From: Pseudomonadota bacterium
GTDB taxonomy: Bacteria; Pseudomonadota; Alphaproteobacteria; CACIAM-22H2
NCBI GenBank assembly: GCA_052387815.1
Contig: JBQTIU010000028.1
Coordinates: 38,506-102,505 of the forward strand
Direction: 5' to 3'
Length of the DNA stretch: 64,000 nt
Position 1 is the first letter of the stretch; each line of letters starts with the position of its first letter. The translations under genes were made by a program, and so were the position numbers. The notes beneath the pieces were generated by a model. That model was given only the letters and a program-made list of their open reading frames with translations. It searched no databases and was not told where the DNA came from. This document shows, piece after piece, positions 1 through 13,530 of the stretch.

Positions 1-582
1 GCGCTCGTCGCCGGCGACGCGCTGCCGCTGGCCCAAGACCGGGCGCCGGACGGACCCGACATGACGCTCGAGCGGGCGGCGCTGCCGGGGCGCGGACTGC
101 CGATCCGCGTCGTGCTGGGGCCGCAGGACGACTATTTTTCGCCGGCCGCCATCCGCGCCTTTCTCGAGGGCGAATACGTCATCACCGCCGAGGCCGACCG
201 CATGGGCTATCGACTCGACGGGCCGAAGATTCCCCACCTCGGGGACGACAACATCATCTCCGACGGCATCGTCGCCGGCAGCATCCAGGTCCCCGGCAAC
301 GGCCTGCCGATCGTGCTGATGGCGGACTGTCAGACGACCGGCGGCTATCCCAAGATCGCGACCGTGATCAGCGCCGATTTGCCAACCCTCGCGCAAAGCC
401 GGCCGGGGGCGAGGCTGCGCTTCGCCGCGGTGACGCTCGCCGAGGCGCAAGCCCGGCGCGCCGAGGTCGAGGCCGCCATGGCGGGCCTCCCCACGCACCT
501 GCACCCCGCGGTTATCGGCCGCGAGGCGCTGACCAGCGAGGCGCTGTTGTCGGCCAACCTCATCAGCGGCGCCTGGGCGTGA
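1..582 (+). CDS. pxpC: Biotin-dependent carboxyltransferase family protein (5-oxoprolinase subunit C / allophanate hydrolase subunit 2-like), 5' end outside window
   Basis: Frame open from base 1; motifs GPQDDYF, DRMGYRL, GSIQVPGNGLPIVLMADCQTTGGYPKIATV typical of PxpC/KipA. Confidence 0.85.
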   Translation, partial: ALVAGDALPLAQDRAPDGPDMTLERAALPGRGLPIRVVLGPQDDYFSPAAIRAFLEGEYVITAEADRMGYRLDGPKIPHLGDDNIISDGIVAGSIQVPGNGLPIVLMADCQTTGGYPKIATVISADLPTLAQSRPGARLRFAAVTLAEAQARRAEVEAAMAGLPTHLHPAVIGREALTSEALLSANLISGAWA

Positions 583-1634
583 CCCACATCCTCATCCCCG
601 ACGCGCAGTTCGCCGGCCCGCCCGACCTCGAGCGCCGCCGGCTGGCGCCGTTCGGGCGCGTCCGGCTGTACCGCGTGCAGCAAGGGGATAGCGTCCCCGA
701 GCGGGCCTGGCGGCGGGCCGGCGCGGTCATCGCCTATCGCGACATTCGCTTGACGCGGCGCGAGATCGGGCTCTTGGACTCGTGCCGGATCGTGGTGCGG
801 GCCGGGGTCGGGGTGGACAACATCGACGTCGAGGCGTTGAGCGCCCGCCGCATCCCGGTCTGCAACGTGCCGGATTACGGGATCTCCGAGCTCGCCGATC
901 ACGCCCTCGCCTTGATGCTCGCCCTCGCCCGCGGCGTCGTCGCCTATGCCGAGGCCCTGCGGGCCGATCCGGTGGCCGGCTGGCGGTGGCAGGCGGCGCC
1001 GACCGCACGGCGGCTCAAGGGTATCACCTTCGGGGTCGTCGGGCTGGGCCGGACCGGCACCGCGGCGGCGCTGAGGGCCAAAGCCTTCGGCATGGCGGTC
1101 GCCTTCTACGATCCCTTGGCGCCCGCGGGGCAGGACCTGGCGCTGGGCATCGAGCGGGTCGAACGGCTCCGCGATCTCCTTTCGGTCGCGGATGTGCTGA
1201 GCCTCCACGCCCCGCTGTTACCGGCGACCAGGCGGATGATCGACCGGCGGGCCGTCGAGGCGATGAAGCCGGGGGCCTTGCTCATCAACATCGCGCGCGG
1301 CGACCTCGTCGACCTCGATGCCGTTTACGAGGGGCTGAAGGCCGGCCGGATCGGCGGCGCCGGGCTCGACGTGCTGCCGGTCGAGCCGCCCGATGCGGCC
1401 CACCCTTTGATTCGCGCCTGGCTCGACGACGAGGCCTGGCTGCGCGGCCGCCTGATCCTGACGCCGCACGCGGCGTTCTACAGCAAGGACAGCCTCGCCG
1501 ACATGCGGGCCAAGGCGCTCGACACCCTGGTCGCGTTCCTCGGCGAAGGGCGGCTGGTCAATTGCATCAACCAAGCGGCGTTCGCCGCAGCGATCGCCGT
1601 TGTTGCGAAGAGGCAGAGCACCCCCCGATCGTGA
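579..1634 (+). CDS. D-isomer specific 2-hydroxyacid dehydrogenase (CtBP-like)
   Basis: GVGVDNID, CNVPDYG, Rossmann GLGRTG, INIARG, GLDVLPVEP, TPHAAFYS; GTGA overlap with upstream gene. Confidence 0.9.
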   Translation: MTHILIPDAQFAGPPDLERRRLAPFGRVRLYRVQQGDSVPERAWRRAGAVIAYRDIRLTRREIGLLDSCRIVVRAGVGVDNIDVEALSARRIPVCNVPDYGISELADHALALMLALARGVVAYAEALRADPVAGWRWQAAPTARRLKGITFGVVGLGRTGTAAALRAKAFGMAVAFYDPLAPAGQDLALGIERVERLRDLLSVADVLSLHAPLLPATRRMIDRRAVEAMKPGALLINIARGDLVDLDAVYEGLKAGRIGGAGLDVLPVEPPDAAHPLIRAWLDDEAWLRGRLILTPHAAFYSKDSLADMRAKALDTLVAFLGEGRLVNCINQAAFAAAIAVVAKRQSTPRS

Positions 1635-1646
1635 TATAGACATCGC

Positions 1647-2783
1647 ATGAGCCAAGCGAGCCAAGCGAGCCAAGCCCGCGGCGAGGCCGGCCGGCCCGAG
1701 GCGGCCGGGTGGACGCCGATCCCGGTGTCGGTGATCACCGGCTTTCTCGGCGCCGGCAAGACGACGCTGTTGAGCCGGCTGCTGCGCCACCCCGGCATGG
1801 CGGAGACGGCGGTGATCATCAACGAGTTCGGCGAGATCGGCCTCGACCACCGGCTGGTCGAGGCAGTGGATGCCGAGACGCTGGTGATGACCAGCGGCTG
1901 CCTGTGCTGCACGATCCGCAGCGACCTCGCCGACACGCTCCGGGAGCTGTACTTGAAGCGCGTGCGGGGCGCCGTGCCCGCCTTCCGGCGCGTGGTCATC
2001 GAAACCACCGGGCTTGCCGATCCGGCGCCCATCCTCCACACGCTCATGGACGATCCGATCCTCGAAGCCTATTACCGGTTGGACGGCGTCGTCGCCACCG
2101 TCGATGCCGTCAATGCCGATTGGCAGCTCGACTCCCAGTTCGAGTCGGTCAAGCAGGCGGCGGTCGCCGACCGCATCGTGCTGACCAAGACCGATATCGC
2201 CGAGGAAGAGGCGGTCGCCGGGCTCAAGCGGCGGCTCGAGGCCCTCAATCCCGGCGCGCCGATCCTCGTCGCCGTGCACGGCGCAGTGGACCCGGAGCGC
2301 CTGTTCGACGCCGGCCTCTACGATCCCAAGACCAAGACCATGGACGTCCAGCGCTGGCTCAACGCCGAAGCCTTCGCGCGCGCCGACGATCGCGACCACG
2401 GGCATGACCGCGACCGCGACAACGGCAGCAAGCTCGACGTCAACCGGCACGACGAGCGCATTCGCGCCCACTGCCTGGTCATCGGCGAGCCCATCGAATG
2501 GGAGCCGTTCACCCAGTGGCTCGGCGCGTTCGCGCGTCACCGCGGCGAGGATCTATTGCGCCTCAAGGGGATCCTCAACGTCGCCGGCGAGGACAAGCCG
2601 ATCGCCATCCACGGCATCCAGCACCTGTTCCACCCGCCGGCCCGCTTGCCCCATTGGCCCGACGCCGACCGCCGCTCGCGCCTCGTGTTCATCACCCGCG
2701 ACATCGCCCCGGGGCCGCTCGAGCGCTCGCTCGGCGCCTACCGCGACCCAGCCTCGCGCGATGCCTGGCGGCGCGAGGGCTGA
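1647..2783 (+). CDS. CobW/COG0523 family G3E GTPase metallochaperone
   Basis: GFLGAGKTT Walker A, NEFGE, GCLCC metal motif, ETTGLADP, C-terminal LRLKG/CobW_C. Confidence 0.92.
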   Translation: MSQASQASQARGEAGRPEAAGWTPIPVSVITGFLGAGKTTLLSRLLRHPGMAETAVIINEFGEIGLDHRLVEAVDAETLVMTSGCLCCTIRSDLADTLRELYLKRVRGAVPAFRRVVIETTGLADPAPILHTLMDDPILEAYYRLDGVVATVDAVNADWQLDSQFESVKQAAVADRIVLTKTDIAEEEAVAGLKRRLEALNPGAPILVAVHGAVDPERLFDAGLYDPKTKTMDVQRWLNAEAFARADDRDHGHDRDRDNGSKLDVNRHDERIRAHCLVIGEPIEWEPFTQWLGAFARHRGEDLLRLKGILNVAGEDKPIAIHGIQHLFHPPARLPHWPDADRRSRLVFITRDIAPGPLERSLGAYRDPASRDAWRREG

Positions 2784-2802
2784 CCCCTCGCGCCGGGCCG
2801 GC

Positions 2803-4329
2803 TCAGAACTTATACGTGAGGGTGACTTCGCCGAGATAGATGCTGCGATCGGTGCGGTCGGCGGCGCCCAGGGACTGCTTCATGCCGGTGCCCGGCCGAC
2901 CGACGCCGAGCGCGCCCAAAACGCTCAGATTTTCGATCGGCGTCGTCCACTGGGCGTAAAGGTTCGCCTCGTCCATCAGCTGGTCCGATCGGATCGCGAC
3001 GCCGGTCACCGGGTCGATCACCTGGCCCTGTTCGGCGAAGGCGAACCGGTACAGCACCAGTCCGATATCGAGCACGTTGTCGAGCGGCGTCATGCGAAGA
3101 TGGACCTGGTTGACGTTGACGTTGGAATTCGCGCCCACATACTGGCTGTAGATCTCGCCATGGGCCCAGGTGCCGATGCCGCGCGGGCCGGTGTTGTTGA
3201 ACAGGGGATCCCAGGACTTGTCGGTGCGGTCGGCGGGGTTCGGATCGCCGCTGAAATGGGCGTAGCGATAGGAGAGCCGCGGCGCCCAGGGCAGATCGAA
3301 CTGGTATTGCGGCTCGGCGTACCAGGCGCCGGCGCGCACCTTGCGGTCCGTGGCGCCGTTGCGCTGGATGGCTGCCTCGCCGTAGAGCTTGAGGCCGGGC
3401 AGCGCCGAAAGGAAGGCGCCGCCCAGGCGCAGGGAATAGACGCCGAGCCCGTCGCGGTTGGCGGATTGGGCGCCGCCGGTGCCGCCGCCGGCGAACGAGA
3501 AGTTGGAACCCGGCCCGGTGCTGTCGGCCTTGTAGATGCGCATCGCGGTCGCCCCGACATACCACTGGCGCGCGTCGTAGTCGGCGCGGCCGCGATCCTC
3601 GCGCGCGGATTGGAACCACTCGATATTGGCGCCGTAGAGATCGCTGTCGGCGACGTCGTTGGCGCGCATGGTCCTCTGGTCGGTGCGGCTGGCGAGGTGG
3701 AACAGGTCGGCGCGGACCGGCTCGGTGTTGATCTTGAGGATCGCGGTTTTCTCGAAGGCGGCGCGTGGCCCCAGGTAATAGGCGGCGCGGCCGAAGCCGT
3801 CGACCGTGCCATCGATGATCAGGAAGCCGTCGCCGACGGTGAAACTCTGACGGCCGGCCGAGATATCGATCGCGTCCTCGCCGAGCGCCTCGAAGGTCTT
3901 GCCGGATTTCCAGCCGAGGACGGCATTCTCGACCTCGAGGCGTTCGGGCCGGTTGGAGGTGCCCGAGAGCGCCTGGCCTTCGCCGTCGCCGCGGGTAGCC
4001 GCGCCGACCGCGCTCAAATTTCCATAGAGCGAACCGCCCTCGCCGAAGTCGAATTCGGCCAGCAACGAAGGTATGACGAATCCTTCGGTCCATTGCCGGC
4101 CGCCCTTGCGGGTGCCGTTCAGGCCGACGCTGCCGATGCCGAAATTGGCGTTGCCGACCGAAAAGGCGCCAAAAGCGACGGTCAGGTCCATGTTGAGCGT
4201 CAATCCGCCACCCTCATATAGCTTGAACGATGGCTCCTGGGCCTGCGCCCCCGGGACGGCGCCCACGACCAGGCCCGCCGCGATGGCGAGGCGGCCGAGC
4301 CCCACGAGCGTGGATGAACGCATCCTCAT
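2803..4329 (-). CDS. Outer-membrane beta-barrel protein (alginate export-like family)
   Basis: Signal peptide (AQA-QE), GRQ motif, YRYAHFSGD, amphipathic strands, C-terminal YKF. Confidence 0.7.
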   Translation of the reverse strand: MRMRSSTLVGLGRLAIAAGLVVGAVPGAQAQEPSFKLYEGGGLTLNMDLTVAFGAFSVGNANFGIGSVGLNGTRKGGRQWTEGFVIPSLLAEFDFGEGGSLYGNLSAVGAATRGDGEGQALSGTSNRPERLEVENAVLGWKSGKTFEALGEDAIDISAGRQSFTVGDGFLIIDGTVDGFGRAAYYLGPRAAFEKTAILKINTEPVRADLFHLASRTDQRTMRANDVADSDLYGANIEWFQSAREDRGRADYDARQWYVGATAMRIYKADSTGPGSNFSFAGGGTGGAQSANRDGLGVYSLRLGGAFLSALPGLKLYGEAAIQRNGATDRKVRAGAWYAEPQYQFDLPWAPRLSYRYAHFSGDPNPADRTDKSWDPLFNNTGPRGIGTWAHGEIYSQYVGANSNVNVNQVHLRMTPLDNVLDIGLVLYRFAFAEQGQVIDPVTGVAIRSDQLMDEANLYAQWTTPIENLSVLGALGVGRPGTGMKQSLGAADRTDRSIYLGEVTLTYKF

Positions 4330-4489
4330 CGATTCCCCCGACCCGATGTTTTTCCGACGTCGCGATCGACTCGATCATCATATAACCCGATTCGGCGCCG
4401 AATGAATACCCCCGCTCGGCCCCGGGATTTGCGTCCCTCGCCCGCGCCGGAGTAGAAGCTCTGCCCGCCATCCGCCAAGGACTCGACCC

Positions 4490-6172
<1,683 letters not shown>

Positions 6173-6190
6173 GTAAATATAAAAAAATTA

Positions 6191-6922
6191 CTAGCGCGCG
6201 GCCCCGGTCTTGTCGCGCAAGGCGGCGAGCAGGCCTTCGACCTTGCCGCCGGAGCGCTGGATCGCGGCGGAGAAATCGTCGCGCTGGGTGATCGCCATGC
6301 TCACCCCTTCGACCACCACGTCGTATATCTTGAAGCTCTCGCCGTCGCGCCGCAGCCGCCAATCGACCCGGATCGGCGGTCCGTTCGAGCGCTCGAACTC
6401 GCTGAACACCAGCACGTCGCCGTCGCTGTCGGCGCGCGTGTGGGTGACGCGCAAGGCCTCGCCGGCATAGTCGACGAACCTGGCGGCATAGGTCTGGACG
6501 ATGAGGTCCTCGAACAGTTTGACGTACTCGGCCCGCTCCTTCTCGGTCGCCAGCCGCCAGTAGCGGCCGAGCGAGAAGCGCGCGATGGCGGGGACGTCGA
6601 AGCCCTTGTTGAGCAGCCCCTGGAAGCGGTGATTGCGCTCGGCCGCCTCGAGGTCGGCGGCGGTCAGCCGGGCCACCGCCTGCCGGGCGAGGTCGGTAAT
6701 GAACGCGCCGGCTTCCGGCACCGCTTTCGGCGCCGGCGGCTGCACGGCGGATTTCTGCGGCTGCGCCGCGCCCGCGCTGGCAACTCCCACGGTAATGAGG
6801 ATCGCGGCGACGAAGTTGAGGATATAGGCGGCGATCAGGATGGCCGCGCTGGCAACTCCCACGGCTCGCACGGCAAAGAGGATCGCGGCCCCGAAGGCCA
6901 GCAGGAAGCGACGAGAGGACAT
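6191..6922 (-). CDS. mlaC: MlaC/Ttg2D family phospholipid-binding periplasmic protein
   Basis: FDVPAIARFSLGRYWR, VDWRLR, KIYDVVVEGVSMAITQRDDF; follows mlaA. Confidence 0.9.
   Translation of the reverse strand: MSSRRFLLAFGAAILFAVRAVGVASAAILIAAYILNFVAAILITVGVASAGAAQPQKSAVQPPAPKAVPEAGAFITDLARQAVARLTAADLEAAERNHRFQGLLNKGFDVPAIARFSLGRYWRLATEKERAEYVKLFEDLIVQTYAARFVDYAGEALRVTHTRADSDGDVLVFSEFERSNGPPIRVDWRLRRDGESFKIYDVVVEGVSMAITQRDDFSAAIQRSGGKVEGLLAALRDKTGAAR
6772..6864. repeat. 21-bp direct repeat within the mlaC 5' region
   Basis: CCGCGCTGGCAACTCCCACGG at 6772-6792 and 6844-6864 (72-nt spacing). Confidence 0.85.
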
Positions 6923-6925
6923 GGC

Positions 6926-7738
6926 CTATTTCAGCGCGCTTGGCGTGGGCCCGTCAATCGCCGCCGTACCCTGGGACACGGCCGGGCCTGGGAAATTGGC
7001 CCCCGGCGCGCGGTTGCGGATTTCCGAGTCGCGGCGTTGGCGGACAACGCTGCGCACGCGGGCGTAATAGTCGACCGCTCCGCGCTCGAGCTCCTCGACC
7101 GTTTCGATGTTCCGGGCGCGGGTGTCGATCGCGGTGATCGTGCTGCGCGCGGCCGGGATCAGGGTGTCGTTGTCCTTGTGGCGCGCGATCAGGTTGATGG
7201 GATCGACGAAATAGTCGATCGCGGTGCCGAAGGCGTCGCGGACGTTCGACGGCCCGAAGACCGGCAACACCAGATACGCGCCCTCCGGCATGCCCATCAC
7301 GGCGAAGGTCTGGCCCGAATCTTCTTCATGGAGCGGCAAGCCCAAATGGGCAGCGACCTCGAACAGGCCGAGGACCCCGAACGTCGAGTTGACGAAGAAT
7401 CGCGCGACCGCGACCAAGGCCCGTTCCAACTGGCCCTGGAAGAAGTCGTTGATCGCCGTCCACGGCATGCGCAGGTTGGACATCGCATTGCGCACGCTGT
7501 CCTGCACCGGATCGGGCAAGCCGATGCGGTACCAGGTCGCCGTCGGCTTGAACAGCAGCTCGTCGAGGAACCGGTTGACCTCGAAGATATACCGGTTGGC
7601 CGGCTCGAAGGGGTCGTTGGTCTCTTCGACTTGCGCGATCTTCTCGGGCGAATCGAGGATGACGCAGCCCGGCAGCGACAGCATGCCGGTCAACACCGCC
7701 GCCAGGGGCCAATTCGACGTGATCTTGAAGCGAGTCAT
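6926..7738 (-). CDS. mlaA: VacJ/MlaA family lipoprotein
   Basis: Lipobox LPGC, NDPFEPANR, NSTFGVLGL, EDSGQT, YLVLPVFGPSNVRD; start placed at ATG 7738. Confidence 0.93.
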   Translation of the reverse strand: MTRFKITSNWPLAAVLTGMLSLPGCVILDSPEKIAQVEETNDPFEPANRYIFEVNRFLDELLFKPTATWYRIGLPDPVQDSVRNAMSNLRMPWTAINDFFQGQLERALVAVARFFVNSTFGVLGLFEVAAHLGLPLHEEDSGQTFAVMGMPEGAYLVLPVFGPSNVRDAFGTAIDYFVDPINLIARHKDNDTLIPAARSTITAIDTRARNIETVEELERGAVDYYARVRSVVRQRRDSEIRNRAPGANFPGPAVSQGTAAIDGPTPSALK

Positions 7739-8055
7739 GGACGGCTTGAAGTCGTTGTTCTGTTGATCGATCCACCGTATACGCCGCGCCCGCATGAACC
7801 TACAGTGTCGCCCGTCACAACCCGCGACCCTTGCGCGGCCCGCCATCGGGAGCATCGGGCCGAACGCCGAACGTATGCTTCAAGGCGACCCGGAACCTCC
7901 GAATCCATCCCTGGCACGTTAGTTTTTAGCTACCACAAGCGGATACCACGGACCAGGGTCGAGCGACAAAACCGTGTTGATACTAGCGCACTGTTGCAAA
8001 TATGCATCAACCATCGCTGCTGGTATTTTTCATTGCGTATATCTACAAATACATA

Positions 8056-9983
<1,928 letters not shown>

Positions 9984-10012
9984 GCCGCGAGGGGCAAGCC
10001 CGGGACCGCGTC

Positions 10013-13000
10013 ATGGCTGGTTTCCTCGATGCCTTGCTGGACGAGGTGCTGCTGTGCGACGGCGCGATGGGCAGCCGCGTGCAGGCGCTCGATCTCGACG
10101 TCGAGCGCGATTTTCTCGGCCACGAGAACTGCACCGAGATCCTGTGCCTGTCGCGGCCCGACCTCGTGCGCGCGATCCATGCGAGCTACCTCGAGGCCGG
10201 ATCGGATCTCGTCCAGACCAACTCCTTCGGCGGCTCGCCGGTGACGCTCGGCGAATTCGGGCTCCAGGACCAGGCGTTCGAAATCAACCGGCGCGCCGGC
10301 GAATTGGCGCGCCAAGCCATCGCCGAGCGCGCCGATGACGGGCGGGCCCGGTTCGTCCTCGGCTCGGTCGGCCCCGGCACCAAGCTGCCGAGCCTCGGCC
10401 ACATCGATTACCAGACCCTCGAGGATGCGCTCGCCGTCCAGTGCGCCGGCTTGATCGCCGGCGGCATCGACGCGTTCATCATCGAGACCTGCCAGGACAC
10501 CCTCCAGATCAAGGCCGCGGTCAACGGCGCCAAGCGCGCCCGCGCGGAAGCCGGCAGGGATGTCCCGATCATTGTCCAGGTGACGGTCGAGACCACCGGC
10601 ACGCTGCTGGTCGGCGCCGACATCGCCGGCGCGGCGACCGTGATCAAGGCGTTGGATGTGCCGGTGATCGGGATCAACTGCGCGACCGGCCCCCAGGAGA
10701 TGGCCGAGCACGTCAAGTGGCTCGCCGAGAGCTGGCCCGGCCTCATCTCGGTGCAGCCCAATGCCGGCCTCCCCGAACTCGTCGAGGGGCGCGCGCGCTA
10801 CCCGCTGGGGCCGGCCGAGCTCGCCAAGTGGCTCGGGCGCTTCCTCGCCGAGGACGGAATCAACGTCGTCGGCGGCTGCTGCGGCACCGAGCCCGCGCAT
10901 ATCGCGGCGCTCGATGGCATGCTGCGCGAGCGCGCCGGCGGTGGCGCGCGCCGGCCGGCGCCCAAGCGGCGCCAACCGGCGTGGGTGCCGTCGATCGCCT
11001 CGCTCTACGGCCAGGTGCCGCTGCGCCAGGAGCGCGCCTACCTGTCGATCGGCGAGCGCTGCAACGCCAACGGCAGCCGCCAGTGGCGCCGCCTCCAGGA
11101 GGCCGGCGATTGGGAGGGTTGCGTCGAGATGGGCCGCGAACAGGTGCGCGAGGGCTCGCATGCGCTCGACGTCTGCACGGCCTTCGTCGGCCGCGACGAG
11201 GTCAAGGAGATGAACGAGGTGGTGTCGCGCATGCGCGGCGCGGTCACCGCCCCCCTGGTCATCGACTCGACCGAGCTCAAGGTGCTCGAAGCGACCCTCA
11301 AGCTCTACGGCGGCAAGCCGGTCCTCAACTCGATCAACTTCGAGGACGGCGAGGGGCCGGCCGCGGCGCGGCTCGGGCTCGCGCGTCGCTTCGGCACCGC
11401 GGTGGTGGCGCTCACCATCGATGAGGCCGGCATGGCCAAGGATGCCGAGCGCAAGGTTGCGATCGCCAAGCGCCTCCACGATTTCGCCTGCGGCCGGTTC
11501 GGCCTGCCTGCCTCCGACCTCCTGATCGACCCCTTGACCTTCACCATCGCCACCGGCAACGAGGACGACCGCAAGCTCGGCCTGTGGACGCTCGAGGGCA
11601 TCGAGCGCATCCGCGCCGAGCTTCCCGACTGCCAGATCATCCTCGGCCTGTCGAACATCTCCTTCGGCCTCAACCCGGCGTCCCGCCACGTCTTGAACTC
11701 GGTGTTCCTCGACCACGCCATGCGCCGGGGCTTGACCGGCGCCATCGTCCACCACAGCAGGATCATGCCGCTGCACAAGATCCCGCCCGCCGAGATGGCG
11801 GCCGCCGAGGACCTGATCTTCGACCGCCGGCACGACGGCCACGACCCCTTGCACGCCTTCATCGCCCTGTTCGCGGACCGCGCGGCGGAGGGCAAGAGCG
11901 AGCGCAAGCGCGCCGACGCGGTCGAGGAGCGCCTCAAGAACCGCATCGTGGACGGCGACAAGCAGGGGCTCTCCGAGGACCTCGCGCTCGCCATGAAGTC
12001 CTACAAGCCGCTCGACATCATCAACACCTTCCTGCTCGACGGCATGAAGGTGGTGGGCGAGCTGTTCGGCGCCGGCAAGATGCAGCTTCCCTTCGTGCTG
12101 CAATCGGCCGAAACCATGAAGGCGGCGGTGGCCACTCTCGAGCCGTTCATGGAGCGCGTCGAGGGCCAGCAGAGGGGGACCATCGTCGTCGCCACCGTCA
12201 AGGGCGATGTCCACGACATCGGCAAGAACCTGGTCGACATCATCTTGACCAACAACGGCTACAAGGTGGTCAATCTCGGCATCAAGCAGCCGATCTCCAG
12301 CATCCTCGCGGCGGTGCAGCAGCACCGGGCGCACGCGGTCGGCATGTCGGGCCTGCTCGTCAAATCGACCGTCGTCATGCGCGAGAACCTCGAGGAGATG
12401 ACTCGCCAAGGCATCGACATCCCGGTCCTCTTGGGCGGCGCCGCGCTCACGCGCCGCTACGTCGAGGAGGACTGCCTCGCCTCTTACGGCGCGGGACGGG
12501 TCGCCTATGCGGGCGACGCCTTCGACGGGCTCGAGCTCATGGACAAGATCGTCACCGACAAGTTCGACGCCCATCTCGAAGAGCGGGCCGCCAAGCGCAA
12601 GGGCCGGCCCGCGGGCCCGAAGCGCGCGGCGAGCCAGGCCGCCAAGCCGATGCGGCCCGTGGACAGCGAGGAAATCCGCTGGCGCCGCGCCGAGCTCGCG
12701 GCCGGCGTGCCGGTGGCGGTGCCGCCGTTCTGGGGCGCGCGGGTGATCGAACAGGTGCCGATCCGCGCGCTGCTGCCCTTTGTCAACGAAAACATGCTGT
12801 TCCAGTTCCAGTGGGGCTTCCGCAAGGCCGGCAAGAAGCTCGACGAGTACAAGGCCTGGGCGCAGCGCGAGGTCAAGCCGATCCTCAAACGCATGGTCGA
12901 GATCTGCGAGCGCGAGGAGATCCTGCGCCCCAGCGCGATCTACGGCTATTGGCGCTGCGCCGCCGACGGCGACAGCGTGGTGCTGTTCGCCGACCAGGGG

Positions 13001-13504
13001 ACCGGCGAGGTCGCCCGCTTCGCGTTTCCGCGCCAGAACCGCGAGGGCGGCCTGTGCATCGCCGATTTCTTCCGCGACCGCACCGCCAACGAGCGCGATG
13101 TGATCGGCCTGCAGCTCGTCACCGTGGGGGCCCGCGCCTCCGAGGTGGCGCGGGCCTGGTTCGCCGACAACCGCTACCAGGACTACCTCTACCTGCACGG
13201 GCTGTCGGTCGAGCTCACCGAGGCGCTCGCCGAGTACACCCACAAGCGCATCCGCGCCGAATTGGGCTACGCCGGCGAGGACGACCGCGATCTCGACAAG
13301 ATGCTGAAGCAGAGCTATCGCGGCTCGCGCTATTCCTTCGGCTACCCGGCCTGCCCGAACCTCGCCGACCAGGCGCAGCTGCTCGCCCTCTTGGAGGCTC
13401 GGCGCATCGGCGTCGAGATGTCGGAGGAGGACCAGCTCCACCCCGAGCAATCGACCTCGGCGATCGTCGTCCTCCACCCGCAGGCCAAGTATTTCTCGGT
13501 GTGA
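10013..13504 (+). CDS. metH: Cobalamin-dependent methionine synthase
   Basis: DGAMG, NCATGP, GGCCGT, GERCNANGS, KGDVHDIGKN B12 motif, RYSFGYPACP. Confidence 0.97.
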   Translation: MAGFLDALLDEVLLCDGAMGSRVQALDLDVERDFLGHENCTEILCLSRPDLVRAIHASYLEAGSDLVQTNSFGGSPVTLGEFGLQDQAFEINRRAGELARQAIAERADDGRARFVLGSVGPGTKLPSLGHIDYQTLEDALAVQCAGLIAGGIDAFIIETCQDTLQIKAAVNGAKRARAEAGRDVPIIVQVTVETTGTLLVGADIAGAATVIKALDVPVIGINCATGPQEMAEHVKWLAESWPGLISVQPNAGLPELVEGRARYPLGPAELAKWLGRFLAEDGINVVGGCCGTEPAHIAALDGMLRERAGGGARRPAPKRRQPAWVPSIASLYGQVPLRQERAYLSIGERCNANGSRQWRRLQEAGDWEGCVEMGREQVREGSHALDVCTAFVGRDEVKEMNEVVSRMRGAVTAPLVIDSTELKVLEATLKLYGGKPVLNSINFEDGEGPAAARLGLARRFGTAVVALTIDEAGMAKDAERKVAIAKRLHDFACGRFGLPASDLLIDPLTFTIATGNEDDRKLGLWTLEGIERIRAELPDCQIILGLSNISFGLNPASRHVLNSVFLDHAMRRGLTGAIVHHSRIMPLHKIPPAEMAAAEDLIFDRRHDGHDPLHAFIALFADRAAEGKSERKRADAVEERLKNRIVDGDKQGLSEDLALAMKSYKPLDIINTFLLDGMKVVGELFGAGKMQLPFVLQSAETMKAAVATLEPFMERVEGQQRGTIVVATVKGDVHDIGKNLVDIILTNNGYKVVNLGIKQPISSILAAVQQHRAHAVGMSGLLVKSTVVMRENLEEMTRQGIDIPVLLGGAALTRRYVEEDCLASYGAGRVAYAGDAFDGLELMDKIVTDKFDAHLEERAAKRKGRPAGPKRAASQAAKPMRPVDSEEIRWRRAELAAGVPVAVPPFWGARVIEQVPIRALLPFVNENMLFQFQWGFRKAGKKLDEYKAWAQREVKPILKRMVEICEREEILRPSAIYGYWRCAADGDSVVLFADQGTGEVARFAFPRQNREGGLCIADFFRDRTANERDVIGLQLVTVGARASEVARAWFADNRYQDYLYLHGLSVELTEALAEYTHKRIRAELGYAGEDDRDLDKMLKQSYRGSRYSFGYPACPNLADQAQLLALLEARRIGVEMSEEDQLHPEQSTSAIVVLHPQAKYFSV

Positions 13505-13530
13505 GCCGCGGGGCAGCGCCCTGGCGAGGA

